A stretch of DNA of 24,000 bases from Citrobacter amalonaticus (GTDB taxonomy: Bacteria > Pseudomonadota > Gammaproteobacteria > Enterobacterales > Enterobacteriaceae). Of the stretch, positions 7,804 to 17,069 are shown in pieces (positions within the stretch are counted from its first letter, which is position 1; each line of letters starts with the position of its first letter). The notes below the pieces were generated by a model that worked only from the letters and a program-made list of their open reading frames with translations, was not told the origin of the DNA and ran no database searches. Made by a program: the position numbers and the translations under genes. Location: assembly GCF_001559075.2 (NCBI RefSeq), contig NZ_CP014015.2, positions 4,436,546 to 4,460,545 on the forward strand. Direction: 5' to 3'.

Positions 7804-8697
7804 ATGAACGCACTATTATATTGTCTGGTCGTGGTGATCTGGGGTACCACGTGGATCGCCATTTATTTACAGCAAGGCCCGGTTGCAGCCCCCGTCTCGA
7901 TTTTCTGGCGTTTTGCGGTGGCGACGGCGTTGATGATGTTGATGATGCGGATTCGTGGAAAGCTACGAACGCTGTCGTTACGGGACCATTTGTTCTGTCT
8001 ACTGCAAGGCAGTTGCGTCTTTTGCTTTAACTTCTGGTGTTTTTACACCGCGGCCGCCTGGATCAATACCGGGCTGGAGTCGGTAATTTTTTCCATGGCA
8101 GTGCTGTTTAACGCGGTGAACAGCTTCTTTTTCTTTGGGCAAAAACCTCCGCTGCGGTTTTACTGCGCCGCCGCGCTGGGACTGACCGGTATCGTCACCC
8201 TCTTCTGGCAGGATCTGATGAGCAGCGGTTTTAGCGGCTCGCTGCTGCTGGGCATCGCTCTGAGCGCGTTGGGGACGTTTGGTTTCTCGCTGGGAAATAT
8301 GATAAGCCTCCGTCATCAGAAAAAAGGTCTGGAAGTGATGACCACCAACAGTTGGGCCATGCTGTACGGCACGCTGCTGATTGCAATGATTGCCCTTCTG
8401 CGTGGGGATAACTTCACCCCGCAGTGGACCTTCAGTTATCTCGGCGCCCTGTTGTATCTGGCCGTTTTCGGATCGGTCATCGCCTTTGGCGCGTACTTTA
8501 CGCTGGTGGGGAGAATTGGCCCGAGCAATGCCGCGTACAGCACGCTGCTCTTTCCGCTGGTTGCGCTGTCATTTTCCACGGTTTATGAAGGCTATATCTG
8601 GCAAATGAATGCAGTAGTTGGACTGCTTTTGATTCTGTCAGGTAACCTGGTGATGTTTGCCCGCCCACCGGCACTGTTGCGTCGCAAGATGGCATAA
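7804..8697 (+). CDS. EamA/DMT-superfamily transporter (10-TM type)
   Basis: 297-aa hydrophobic ORF with two EamA-like halves. GGGAG precedes the ATG. The gene is divergent from the AraC regulator. Confidence 0.85.
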   Translation: MNALLYCLVVVIWGTTWIAIYLQQGPVAAPVSIFWRFAVATALMMLMMRIRGKLRTLSLRDHLFCLLQGSCVFCFNFWCFYTAAAWINTGLESVIFSMAVLFNAVNSFFFFGQKPPLRFYCAAALGLTGIVTLFWQDLMSSGFSGSLLLGIALSALGTFGFSLGNMISLRHQKKGLEVMTTNSWAMLYGTLLIAMIALLRGDNFTPQWTFSYLGALLYLAVFGSVIAFGAYFTLVGRIGPSNAAYSTLLFPLVALSFSTVYEGYIWQMNAVVGLLLILSGNLVMFARPPALLRRKMA

Positions 8698-8701
8698 AAA
8701 A

Positions 8702-8726
8702 ACGCGCCATCAGAACGATGGCGCGT
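8702..8726. terminator. Intrinsic terminator hairpin between the convergent EamA gene and ydcL
   Basis: ACGCGCCATC-agaac-GATGGCGCGT, a perfect 10-bp stem. Read on the minus strand it is followed by TTTTTT (plus-strand A-run, 8696-8701), so it is canonical for ydcL. It probably also acts on the plus-strand EamA gene, giving bidirectional function. Confidence 0.65.
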
Positions 8727-8731
8727 CGTAA

Positions 8732-9400
8732 TTATTTCCGGTTTATGTCAAACATGGTGGCGTCAGTCGCCATGTCATCAACCACTTTCTTCAACGTTTC
8801 AAACGCCATCGGCGTGCTCTGGTTGTTCAGGTCTTTGCCTTCACCCTGACGAACGACTTTAATCACCGGCTTATTGGTTGCTGCGTCGATTAACTCGCCT
8901 TCAAAGTAGAGATGGGTGTCCATGGTGCGATGACCGGTTGCCATTTGCGTACCGGCAACCACCAGCGCCACAGGCACCACTTCATAGAACTGCAGTCCTT
9001 CTTTACTGGTATCCACCCCGGTGATCGCCCCACGGAAAATCAGGCTACGCGGCCCTGGCGTGGTCACCAGCGGCTTACGTTGACCAACGGCGGTTTTCAA
9101 TTTCGTGTTGGTATAGGTCAACAGCTGATCGAGCACTTTCTGACCAACCTGAGTGGTGGGTTTCGGTGTCGGATAATACGTTATGGGATTCCAGACAATG
9201 TTGTCATATTTGGTTTCGCTGTAGCTGGGATCGACCCAACGTAGTACCGGCTGCCCGGTAGCGGATTTTGTTTCCTTAAGACCGGAATAGTCTTTTAAAA
9301 ACCCAGAATATTTATCTGGCTGTGTCACTTTTGACGCACAGCCGGATAAGGCCAGTAAACCAGTAAGCACTGCAACTTTAAATAAAGTATGAGTACGCAT
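8732..9400 (-). CDS. ydcL: Lipoprotein YdcL (DUF3313 family)
   Basis: 222 aa, the same length as E. coli YdcL. Signal peptide with lipobox LLALSGC. Synteny next to tehB. Confidence 0.85.
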   Translation of the reverse strand: MRTHTLFKVAVLTGLLALSGCASKVTQPDKYSGFLKDYSGLKETKSATGQPVLRWVDPSYSETKYDNIVWNPITYYPTPKPTTQVGQKVLDQLLTYTNTKLKTAVGQRKPLVTTPGPRSLIFRGAITGVDTSKEGLQFYEVVPVALVVAGTQMATGHRTMDTHLYFEGELIDAATNKPVIKVVRQGEGKDLNNQSTPMAFETLKKVVDDMATDATMFDINRK

Positions 9401-9556
9401 GAAACGATCCCTTAGAATATGCAGATATGCATGTGAAAGCGTAGCAAAGGGAAATCACCTGCGTTGGATAAAAAATGGTATGTCATCCACATTTTTTTCA
9501 GAGCGCCCATTTGGCGAAAAAATGCCGGGCGCTGAGGGGGTTAGCGGTTCGGCTAA

Positions 9557-10153
9557 TTAAGCGGTTTTACGCGCCAGCAGCGTGGCGAAACGCAGTTTAA
9601 TTCGGTTGCCATTCGCATCCGTACGATGCAGTTCACCAACGTCTTCATTATATTTCAGTAATTCCCAGCCTTCGTAATAACGACGAAGTTCCCCTTCTTT
9701 AAACGCAAACGGGAATCCGACGGTACACGGAAAATCAGCGGTATCCATGGCAGCCACAATCAGGTTATATCCACCGGGTTTGGTGCAACGCTGCATATTG
9801 TCGATTAAACCCGGAATCGTTTTGGCTTCAAGGAACATCATTACCACGGTGGAGAGAATAAAATCATAGTCTCCCTCAAACGTCAGCGCGTTGAGATCCA
9901 CCACTTTCGCCTGGAGATTGTCCAGCCCTTCAGCCGCTTTGATACGTTCGACGTTGGCGATGCTCATCGGGTTTTTATCCCACGCGGTCACGTCATACCC
10001 TTTCGCCGCCAGATACAGGCTGTTACGCCCATTGCCACAGCCTAAATCCAGCGTTTTTCCCGGTTTGACGACCTTCACCGCCTCGAGAACGTCAGAATGA
10101 GTGCGGGTTAAATCGTATTTTTCAGTGAAGTAATTTTCGTCACGAAGGGTCAT
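9557..10153 (-). CDS. tehB: Tellurite resistance SAM-dependent methyltransferase TehB
   Basis: 198 aa. SAM-binding motif [11 protein letters not shown]. The start overlaps the tehA stop (ATGA at 10150-10153). Confidence 0.9.
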   Translation of the reverse strand: MTLRDENYFTEKYDLTRTHSDVLEAVKVVKPGKTLDLGCGNGRNSLYLAAKGYDVTAWDKNPMSIANVERIKAAEGLDNLQAKVVDLNALTFEGDYDFILSTVVMMFLEAKTIPGLIDNMQRCTKPGGYNLIVAAMDTADFPCTVGFPFAFKEGELRRYYEGWELLKYNEDVGELHRTDANGNRIKLRFATLLARKTA

Positions 10154-11154
10154 TTTTTATCCTCAGATTTCAGTAATGCCGCACGCTCCGTACGAATGAG
10201 CAGTTTTCCCTGCATCAGCAGTGCGAACGTACGTACCAGCAATAATGCGATGATAACATTGGTAAAGATAAACAGCGGCACCGCCAGTGTGTGAAAAAAG
10301 CCTGACGTGCTGGCGTGGCCGAGATGCAATCCGGTGGTCGCCAGCGCTGACACGCCGAACGAGAAACTCCAGAATGAGGCGTTAAACGGCTGCGACAGAT
10401 ACCAGGGCATCAGGCGGAGCATAAACAGCAGTTGCAGCAGGCCGTAGCCAAACAGCATTTTCGCCAGCGTGTCGCCCTCACCGCCGTTGACGCTTAGCCA
10501 GGCGCTACAGGCCACCAGCGCAGGCGCAAGCTGGATCCCAAGCGACGTCCGCATGGCAGTGGGTAATTCCCCGGCACTGCGCAGACGTTGCAGAATAACC
10601 GGTTCCAGGCTCAGCCAGGAAAAAACGCCGGCCCCTAAAAAGACCAGTCCGGCATCGGTATAACCTAATGCGCCGCAGGCCATCGCGCTGATGAAGTTGT
10701 TGGCGACCGTCGGTAAATAGAGTCCGGGCGTTGTCGCCTCTTGCGGATGCGAACCGCGCCACAGCCCGGCGGTCTGCCACGCGGCGTAAACCAGCTGAAT
10801 AACCACCCCGACGCTGAACAGACCAATCGCCAGCGGACGACACCACGGTACAAAACCAATCGCCACCAGCATCGTGGTAGCCGGAAACAGGCTGACAAAA
10901 CTGCTCATCACCGGATGGCGAATCTCAGCAATCACACTGTGCGGGAAACGAATCAGACGCGTAATAAACGCCAGCGTCAACAGCCCCCATATCATCATCG
11001 CCAGAATCACCAGGCCGTCGCCAAACCAGTGGCTGACAGGCCAGATTTGACTGGCATAACGCCAGGCAAACCCCATTCCAATCGTCCCCAGGACCATGCC
11101 AAAGTAGCCGGCGGGAAGGTTCAGAACACGATCGCTACGCTTGCTGTTACTCAT
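10150..11154 (-). CDS. tehA: Tellurite resistance / dicarboxylate-type membrane protein TehA
   Basis: 334-aa polytopic ORF immediately upstream of tehB and translationally coupled to it. Matches the K-12 arrangement. Confidence 0.9.
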   Translation of the reverse strand: MSNSKRSDRVLNLPAGYFGMVLGTIGMGFAWRYASQIWPVSHWFGDGLVILAMMIWGLLTLAFITRLIRFPHSVIAEIRHPVMSSFVSLFPATTMLVAIGFVPWCRPLAIGLFSVGVVIQLVYAAWQTAGLWRGSHPQEATTPGLYLPTVANNFISAMACGALGYTDAGLVFLGAGVFSWLSLEPVILQRLRSAGELPTAMRTSLGIQLAPALVACSAWLSVNGGEGDTLAKMLFGYGLLQLLFMLRLMPWYLSQPFNASFWSFSFGVSALATTGLHLGHASTSGFFHTLAVPLFIFTNVIIALLLVRTFALLMQGKLLIRTERAALLKSEDKK

Positions 11155-11266
11155 TTTGTTTATTTTTTAAAGTATATTTGAAATGCATTTTATGGAATTT
11201 CATCCGTTTTAGCCAGTGCCGCAGAATTTGCTACGGTTAGAGTAAGCCACTAAACGGAATGCCTTC

Positions 11267-12247
11267 ATGCGTAAATACCGACTCAGCGACGAACCGCGCG
11301 CGTTCAGCTACCAGGATAATGGCAATAAAATGAGCGTTTTACTACGCCAGATTGTCGCACTCATTGACTTTAATGATGTGAAAGCCGGTGACGCTGGCGG
11401 CTGGATTGATGATGAAAGCGTGCTGGACCACGCCGGACACTGCTGGATTTACGACGAAAACGCGTTAGCCTTCGGCGGTTGTACGATTTCAGGGAATGCG
11501 CGTCTCACGCAACCCTGCCTCCTGCGCGACAACGTTCACATTAGCGATAATGTCTGGATTGACCACGCTGAACTCAGTCACGGCGCCAGAATCAGTGACA
11601 ACGTCACGATTCAGTCATCCACGGTTCGCGGCGATTGCCACCTCTTTGGCGACGCGCGAATTTTGCAGCAATCTGAAATCGTCGCGGCACGCGGGCTGAC
11701 CGTCGAGCGCGATCAGATCCTGCAAATCTATGACCGCGCCACGGTCAGCCATTCGCGCATTGTCCATCAGGCACAAATCTATGGCGATGCCATCGTCAGT
11801 TACGCCTTTATTGAGCATCGTGCGGAGGTCTTCGATGACGCGCTGATTGAAGGTAATGACGAAAACAACGTCTGGATATGCGATTGCGCGAAAGTGTACG
11901 GTCGGGCGCAGGTGATCGCCGGCACAGGGGACGATGCGATCCCCACCCTGCGCTACAGTTCGCAGGTGGCGGAGCAGGCCAGCGTGGAAGGCAACTGCGT
12001 GCTTAAACACCACGTTCTGGTGGGCGGGAACGCCGTACTGCGCGGTGGTCCCATTTTACTCGACGATCACATTCTGATTGAAGGCGATGCGCGCATTCTC
12101 GGTGAGGTGCTGATTGAAAATCACGTCGACCTCCGTGGACATACCACCGTGGAGGCCGCCGCAGACGACGCCATTCACCTGCGCGGGCCAAAAGTCATCG
12201 ATGGCGATCAGCATATCACCCGCACGCCGCTGATTGGCTCACTGTAG
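11267..12247 (+). CDS. ydcK: YdcK, left-handed beta-helix (hexapeptide-repeat) protein of unknown function
   Basis: 326 aa, the same length as E. coli YdcK, and close to its remembered sequence (…KYRLS..PRAF.YQ…LLRQ…DFNDVKAG…). Iterated [IVL]-x-G-[DN]-A-x-[IV] style repeats run throughout. Confidence 0.85.
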   Translation: MRKYRLSDEPRAFSYQDNGNKMSVLLRQIVALIDFNDVKAGDAGGWIDDESVLDHAGHCWIYDENALAFGGCTISGNARLTQPCLLRDNVHISDNVWIDHAELSHGARISDNVTIQSSTVRGDCHLFGDARILQQSEIVAARGLTVERDQILQIYDRATVSHSRIVHQAQIYGDAIVSYAFIEHRAEVFDDALIEGNDENNVWICDCAKVYGRAQVIAGTGDDAIPTLRYSSQVAEQASVEGNCVLKHHVLVGGNAVLRGGPILLDDHILIEGDARILGEVLIENHVDLRGHTTVEAAADDAIHLRGPKVIDGDQHITRTPLIGSL

Positions 12248-12784
12248 CGCCGAATCAATGATGCGCGCATACAGGTTAACATCGTCATAGTGACCGTTCA
12301 GAAACTCTGCCTGTTTCAGGCAGCCTTCCAGTTCAAAGCCATTACGCTGCGCAACCTGATTGCTTGCCTGGTTCTTTACCCGGCATTTGATCACAAAGCG
12401 ACGGATTTCGCCTCGCCCGGCATAGTGATGAATAAGTGCCTGCAACGCGCGCGACAGGATCCCTTTCCCCTGCTGCGTTTCGTCTACCCAGTAACCGATA
12501 TAGGCCGCTTTGTTCATCGGCTCGATCTGATTAAACGACAGCACGCCCAGCATCTGATCGCCGTCAAAAATGAGGAACATTTTGGCGTAGCCCCGCTGAT
12601 GCAGCACCATATTGCCCTGCACCGTTTTGCGCGTATCCTCTTCCGTATTGACGTATTGCGGCCAGTCAAAGAACTGCATTAGCCAGGCGCTGTTTTTACG
12701 GACCAGTTGATGCAACCCGGCAACGTGACATTCTTCTACCGCCCGTAGCTGCAGCGTGTCATTGATCTCAATAATTTCGCTCAT
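12239..12784 (-). CDS. rimL: Ribosomal protein bL12 serine N-acetyltransferase RimL (GNAT)
   Basis: 181-aa GNAT-fold ORF (…[18 protein letters not shown]… acetyl-CoA pocket). Convergent with ydcK as in K-12, with a 9-nt 3' overlap. Confidence 0.85.
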   Translation of the reverse strand: MSEIIEINDTLQLRAVEECHVAGLHQLVRKNSAWLMQFFDWPQYVNTEEDTRKTVQGNMVLHQRGYAKMFLIFDGDQMLGVLSFNQIEPMNKAAYIGYWVDETQQGKGILSRALQALIHHYAGRGEIRRFVIKCRVKNQASNQVAQRNGFELEGCLKQAEFLNGHYDDVNLYARIIDSALQ

Positions 12785-12883
12785 CCTCTCCTTCCTCCCG
12801 CGTTCAGACTTTCATCAGCATTGAGCGTTTTTATTCCACTCACCTCACATTATTTTTTATTTCCTCAGCTTTCACTATTTCCA

Positions 12884-12899
12884 CGTGAAGCTGCTCACA
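12884..12899. promoter_or_regulatory. Candidate CRP site (cGTGA-agctgc-TCACA) upstream of the sgc-like operon
   Basis: 9 of 10 matches to TGTGA-N6-TCACA. TATAAA at 12921-12926 would place a TSS near 12933, so the site centre (12891.5) sits at about -41.5, which is class II geometry. Confidence 0.35.
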
Positions 12900-12967
12900 A
12901 TTATTCGCCCAGCCAGCGCCTATAAAACGCTCAACGAGTGATTGTTTTATTGTCTACGGAGATCCTT

Positions 12968-14089
12968 ATGTCATTTTCTGTGCAGGAAACACTGTTCTCG
13001 CTTTTGCATCTCAATGCCGTTTCCGGGCATGAAAACAGCGTCGCTGAGGTCATGCTACGCGAATTTAAGCGTCAGGCAAAAGAGGTCTGGCGCGATCGAC
13101 TAGGAAATGTCGTCGCCCGCTACGGCAGTGATAACCCAAACGCCTTGCGACTGATGATGTTTGCCCATATGGATGAAGTCGGCTTTATGGTGCGCAAAAT
13201 TGAGCCGTCCGGTTTTTTGCGCTTCGAACGCGTGGGCGGCCCGGCGCAGGTCACCATGTCCGGTTCGGTCGTCACGCTCGCCGGGGATAACGGCCCGGTG
13301 ATGGGATGCATCGGTATTAAGGCGTACCACTTCGCAAAGGGGGATGAGCGCACGCAGTCGCCTTCCGTTGACAAACTGTGGATTGATATTGGCGCGAAAG
13401 ATAAAGCCGACGCCCGGCGGATGGGCATCCAGGTCGGCACACCGGTGACGCTGTATAACCCACCGCAACTGCTGGCGAACGACCTGGTGTGTAGCAAAGC
13501 GCTGGACGATCGTCTGGGATGTACTGCGCTACTGGGCGTCGCGGATGCCATCGGCGCGGCGCCTCTGGATATTGCGGTGTATCTGGTGGCCTCCGTGCAG
13601 GAAGAGTTCAACATCCGCGGCATTGTCCCGGTATTACGTCGCGTTAAACCGGATCTCGCCATCGGCATTGATATCACGCCATCATGCGATACGCCGGATC
13701 TACAGGACTACTCAGATGTCCGAATCAATCAGGGTGTTGGCATCACCTGCCTGAACTACCACGGTCGTGGCACGCTGGCCGGATTAATTACGCCGCCACG
13801 GCTGATTGAGATGCTCGAGCAAACGGCCCTTGCGCACCATATTCCCGTGCAGCGCGAAGTGGCGCCTGGCGTCATCACCGAAACCGGCTATATCCAGGTT
13901 GAGCAGGACGGCATTCCCTGCGCCAGCCTTTCCATCCCTTGTCGTTATACCCATTCTCCGGCGGAAGTCGCCAGTCTGCGTGATTTGACTGACTGCATCC
14001 GCTTATTGACCGCCCTGGCTGGCCTGCCAGCCGAGCACTTTCCCGTTGAGCCTGACTCAGGCACTACACAAGAGGCAAATCCATTATGA
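12968..14089 (+). CDS. sgcX: M42-family metallopeptidase / endoglucanase-like protein SgcX
   Basis: FrvX/M42-type sequence (…HMDEVGFMV…, …ALDDRLGC…, …QEEFNIRG…). Starting at ATG 12968 (GGAGA 5 nt upstream) gives 373 aa, as in E. coli SgcX. The track start at 12938 is a GTG extension. Confidence 0.82.
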   Translation: MSFSVQETLFSLLHLNAVSGHENSVAEVMLREFKRQAKEVWRDRLGNVVARYGSDNPNALRLMMFAHMDEVGFMVRKIEPSGFLRFERVGGPAQVTMSGSVVTLAGDNGPVMGCIGIKAYHFAKGDERTQSPSVDKLWIDIGAKDKADARRMGIQVGTPVTLYNPPQLLANDLVCSKALDDRLGCTALLGVADAIGAAPLDIAVYLVASVQEEFNIRGIVPVLRRVKPDLAIGIDITPSCDTPDLQDYSDVRINQGVGITCLNYHGRGTLAGLITPPRLIEMLEQTALAHHIPVQREVAPGVITETGYIQVEQDGIPCASLSIPCRYTHSPAEVASLRDLTDCIRLLTALAGLPAEHFPVEPDSGTTQEANPL

Positions 14090-14364
14090 AAAAGATCCTT
14101 GTGGCATGCGGTACCGGCATGTCGACGTCAACTATGATTGCGCACAAGTTGCAGGAGTTCCTTGCCGAGCAAGGCATTGCGGCCAGCACCGCCCAGTGCT
14201 GTCTCAATGAGATCCCGCTGAATTGTAACGGCATGGACCTGATTGTGACCTCCATGCGCACCAACAACGATTACGGTATTCCCACGTTAAACGGCGCAGC
14301 CCTGCTAACGGGAATTAATGACGACGCCTTAAAACAAGAAATCAAGGCACTGTTAACGCAATAA
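14086..14364 (+). CDS. sgcB: PTS EIIB component, galactitol (GatB/SgcB) type
   Basis: 92 aa. The active-site Cys context KILVACGTGMSTSTM is present. ATGA overlap with the sgcX stop. Confidence 0.85.
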   Translation: MKKILVACGTGMSTSTMIAHKLQEFLAEQGIAASTAQCCLNEIPLNCNGMDLIVTSMRTNNDYGIPTLNGAALLTGINDDALKQEIKALLTQ

Positions 14365-14376
14365 CAAGGAGGCACT

Positions 14377-15690
14377 ATGTTTGACTACATCCTGTCTCTC
14401 GGCGGTACTGTTTTTGTCCCCATCATCATGATTGTGATTGGGTTGATCTTCCGTATTCCCTGGCTGCAGGCAATCAAGGCCGGGGTGACGGTAGGGATTG
14501 GTTTTGTCGGGATGGGGCTGGTGATCGTGATGGCGATCGACAGCCTCAGTCCGCCCATCAAAGTGATGATTGAACGCTTCGGCCTGACCCTGCATGTGTT
14601 TGACGTCGGCGCAGGGCCGGCCTCCGGCGTCGGGTATGCCACCGCCATTGGCGCAATGATTATCCCAATCATTTTTCTGCTCAACGTCGCGATGCTGGTC
14701 ACTCGTCTGACCAAAACCATGAACGTCGATATCTATAACTACTGGCACTACGCCATTACCGGCACCGTGGTCCAGTTAATGACCGGCAGCCTGATTTATG
14801 GCGTGCTGGGGGCCATTTGCCACGCGGCGCTGTCGTTAAAAATGGCCGACTGGACGGCAAAACGCGTGCAAAGCATTGTCGGTCTGGAGGGGATCTCGAT
14901 ACCGCAAGGTTATGGTTCCAGTTCCGTACCGCTGTTCGTTCTGCTGGATGCTATCTACGAAAAAATTCCGTTCATGAAGGGACGCAACATTGATGCCCAG
15001 GAGATCCAGAAACGCTATGGGATGGTGGGCGACCCGGTCATTATCGGCGTCGTGCTCGGCCTGATCTTTGGCCTCGCCGCAGGTGAAGGTTTTAAGGGAT
15101 GCGCCAGCCTGATGATTACCGTCGCGGCGATTATGGTGCTGTTCCCGCGCATGATCCGCCTGATTGTTGAAGGGTTGCTTCCCATCTCCGACGGCGCACG
15201 GAAATTTTTCCAGAAACATTTCAAGGGGCGCGAAGTGTATATCGGCCTGGATACCGCCGTCACGCTCGGCCACCCCACCACTATTGCCGTTGGCCTGCTG
15301 CTGATCCCCATCATGCTGATTCTGGCCAGCATCTTACCCGGCAACAAAGTGCTGCCGCTTGCCGATCTGCCCGTCGCGCCGTTCTTTATCTGTATGGCGA
15401 CGGTGATCCATCGCGGCGACCTGATTCGTACCCTGATCAGCGGCGTGATTGTCATGGTCACCGTCCTGTTGATTGCCACGCAGTTTGCCCCGTATTTCAC
15501 CGACATGGCGCTTAAGGGCGGCTTCAGTTTTGCCGGTGAAAACGCGCAAATCTCCGCGCTGTCCGTGGGCAACATGTTTGGCTGGTCAATCTCGGAGCTG
15601 ATATCGCTTGGCATTATTGGCGTCGTCGTGGCGGTGGGTATCGTCGCCAGCGTCGTGCTGTTCTTACGTAAACGTGAACTATCGGAATAA
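14377..15690 (+). CDS. sgcC: PTS EIIC permease, galactitol (GatC/SgcC) family
   Basis: 437-aa polytopic ORF, the same length as E. coli SgcC. N-terminus is GatC-like (…ILSLGGTVFVPIIM…GIGFVGMGLVI…). AAGGAGG upstream. Confidence 0.88.
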   Translation: MFDYILSLGGTVFVPIIMIVIGLIFRIPWLQAIKAGVTVGIGFVGMGLVIVMAIDSLSPPIKVMIERFGLTLHVFDVGAGPASGVGYATAIGAMIIPIIFLLNVAMLVTRLTKTMNVDIYNYWHYAITGTVVQLMTGSLIYGVLGAICHAALSLKMADWTAKRVQSIVGLEGISIPQGYGSSSVPLFVLLDAIYEKIPFMKGRNIDAQEIQKRYGMVGDPVIIGVVLGLIFGLAAGEGFKGCASLMITVAAIMVLFPRMIRLIVEGLLPISDGARKFFQKHFKGREVYIGLDTAVTLGHPTTIAVGLLLIPIMLILASILPGNKVLPLADLPVAPFFICMATVIHRGDLIRTLISGVIVMVTVLLIATQFAPYFTDMALKGGFSFAGENAQISALSVGNMFGWSISELISLGIIGVVVAVGIVASVVLFLRKRELSE

Positions 15691-15701
15691 GGAGTACCTT
15701 C

Positions 15702-16508
15702 ATGAGTTGGCTGAAAGAGGTTATTGGAACGGAAAAAGCCGTCATTGCCATGTGTCATTTGCGCGCATTGCCCGGCGACCCGAGCTTTGATGTGCAGAAA
15801 GGGATGAACTGGGTTATCGACCGCGCCCGGGACGATCTGCTGGCGTTACAAAATGGCGGCGTGGATGCCGTGATGTTTTCCAACGAGTTTAGTCTTCCCT
15901 ATCTCACGAAGGTTCGCCCGGAAACCACGGCGGCAATGGCGAGAGTTATTGGGCAATTGATGAGCGAAATTCGCATTCCGTTTGGCGTCAATGTGTTGTG
16001 GGATCCGGTCGCGTCGTTCGATCTGGCTATGGCGACGGGGGCTAAATTCATTCGCGAGATTTTTACCGGCGCCTACGCCAGCGACTTCGGGGTCTGGGAC
16101 ACCAACGTCGGCGAGACCATTCGTCATCAGCACCGCATCGGCGCGGGTGAGGTCAAAACCCTGTTCAACATCGTGCCTGAAGCGGCGGTGTATCTGGGCA
16201 ATCGCGATATTTGCTCCATTGCCAAATCCACTGTCTTTAACAACCATCCGGATGCCCTCTGCGTCTCTGGTCTGACGGCGGGCGCACGCACCGACAGCGC
16301 CTTGTTGAAGCGGGTCAAAGATACGGTGCCGGATACCGTGGTGCTGGCGAATACCGGCGTGTGTCTGGAAAACGTCGAGGAGCAACTTAGCATCGCCGAC
16401 GGTTGCGTAACCGCCACCACCTTTAAAAAGGACGGCGTATTCGCCAACTTTGTCGATCAGGCGCGGGTCAGTCGCTTTATGGAAAAAGTGCATCACATAC
16501 GGCAATAA
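15702..16508 (+). CDS. sgcQ: BtpA/SgcQ-family TIM-barrel protein, function unknown
   Basis: 268 aa, the same length as E. coli SgcQ. Soluble. AAGGAG upstream. Its position in the cluster matches the E. coli sgc operon. Confidence 0.8.
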   Translation: MSWLKEVIGTEKAVIAMCHLRALPGDPSFDVQKGMNWVIDRARDDLLALQNGGVDAVMFSNEFSLPYLTKVRPETTAAMARVIGQLMSEIRIPFGVNVLWDPVASFDLAMATGAKFIREIFTGAYASDFGVWDTNVGETIRHQHRIGAGEVKTLFNIVPEAAVYLGNRDICSIAKSTVFNNHPDALCVSGLTAGARTDSALLKRVKDTVPDTVVLANTGVCLENVEEQLSIADGCVTATTFKKDGVFANFVDQARVSRFMEKVHHIRQ

Positions 16509-16512
16509 AAAA

Positions 16513-16536
16513 GGGGATAAGCAGAGCGCTTACCCC
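16513..16536 (-). terminator. Rho-independent terminator oriented antisense to the surrounding operon
   Basis: Minus-strand reading: GGGGTAAGC-gctct-GCTTA(T)CCCC followed by TTTTTTATT (the plus-strand A-run 16507-16512 plus the TAA stop). On the plus strand the A-run precedes the hairpin and no U-tract follows it. Confidence 0.45.
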
Positions 16537-16545
16537 CGGTAGAAC

Positions 16546-16589
16546 AGCGATCCCTGCCGCCTTCGTCAAAAGTCTCGACGGGGATCGCT
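16546..16589. repeat. 9-bp perfect inverted repeat AGCGATCCC … GGGATCGCT in the sgcQ-sgcA spacer
   Basis: Arms at 16546-16554 and 16581-16589 with a 26-nt loop. A small internal CGTC/GACG pairing is also possible. Confidence 0.45.
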
Positions 16590-16626
16590 ATCAGAGTAAC
16601 CCTAACCGGCAAGGAGTCAACGACTG

Positions 16627-17058
16627 ATGATAAACGATGTTAAGTGGGTACAGGCGCAGCGCGACGCCAGGGACTGGCGTCAGGCCGTCGAAATCGCTGC
16701 TCGCCCGCTGATTACCTTTGGCGCTGCGCAACCGGGCTACGTGGACGGTATTATCGACAACACCCTGAGCTGGGGACCGTACTATTTAATTGCTCCCGGC
16801 ATCGCTTTGCCCCATGCACGGCCCGAACAGGGCGCTAACCGTAATCAGGTCAGCATCACGACGTTAAAAACACCCGTCGCTTTTGGCCATGAGGAGTGTG
16901 ACCCGGTCTGGCTGCTGCTGTGCGTCAGCGCAACGGATGCTAATGCGCACATCCTCACCATCCAGCGCATCAGCCAGTTTATCGATTCACCCGAACGGCT
17001 CGCGGCGGTCCGACACGCGCAAACCGACGCCGCGCTGTTCGCGCAGGTTACCGGTTAA
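16627..17058 (+). CDS. sgcA: PTS EIIA component (EIIA-2, mannitol/fructose/Ntr type) SgcA
   Basis: 143 aa, the same length as E. coli SgcA. Phosphorylation-site context GIALPHARPE. AAGGAG at 16611-16616. Confidence 0.85.
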   Translation: MINDVKWVQAQRDARDWRQAVEIAARPLITFGAAQPGYVDGIIDNTLSWGPYYLIAPGIALPHARPEQGANRNQVSITTLKTPVAFGHEECDPVWLLLCVSATDANAHILTIQRISQFIDSPERLAAVRHAQTDAALFAQVTG

Positions 17059-17069
17059 CGGAGGCGATG

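Noticed and set aside
9498-9540. Inverted repeat AGCGCCC … GGGCGCT downstream of tehB
   Set aside because: The stem is 7 bp with an 18-nt loop and no U-tract in the tehB (minus) direction. It is too weak to call a terminator with any confidence.
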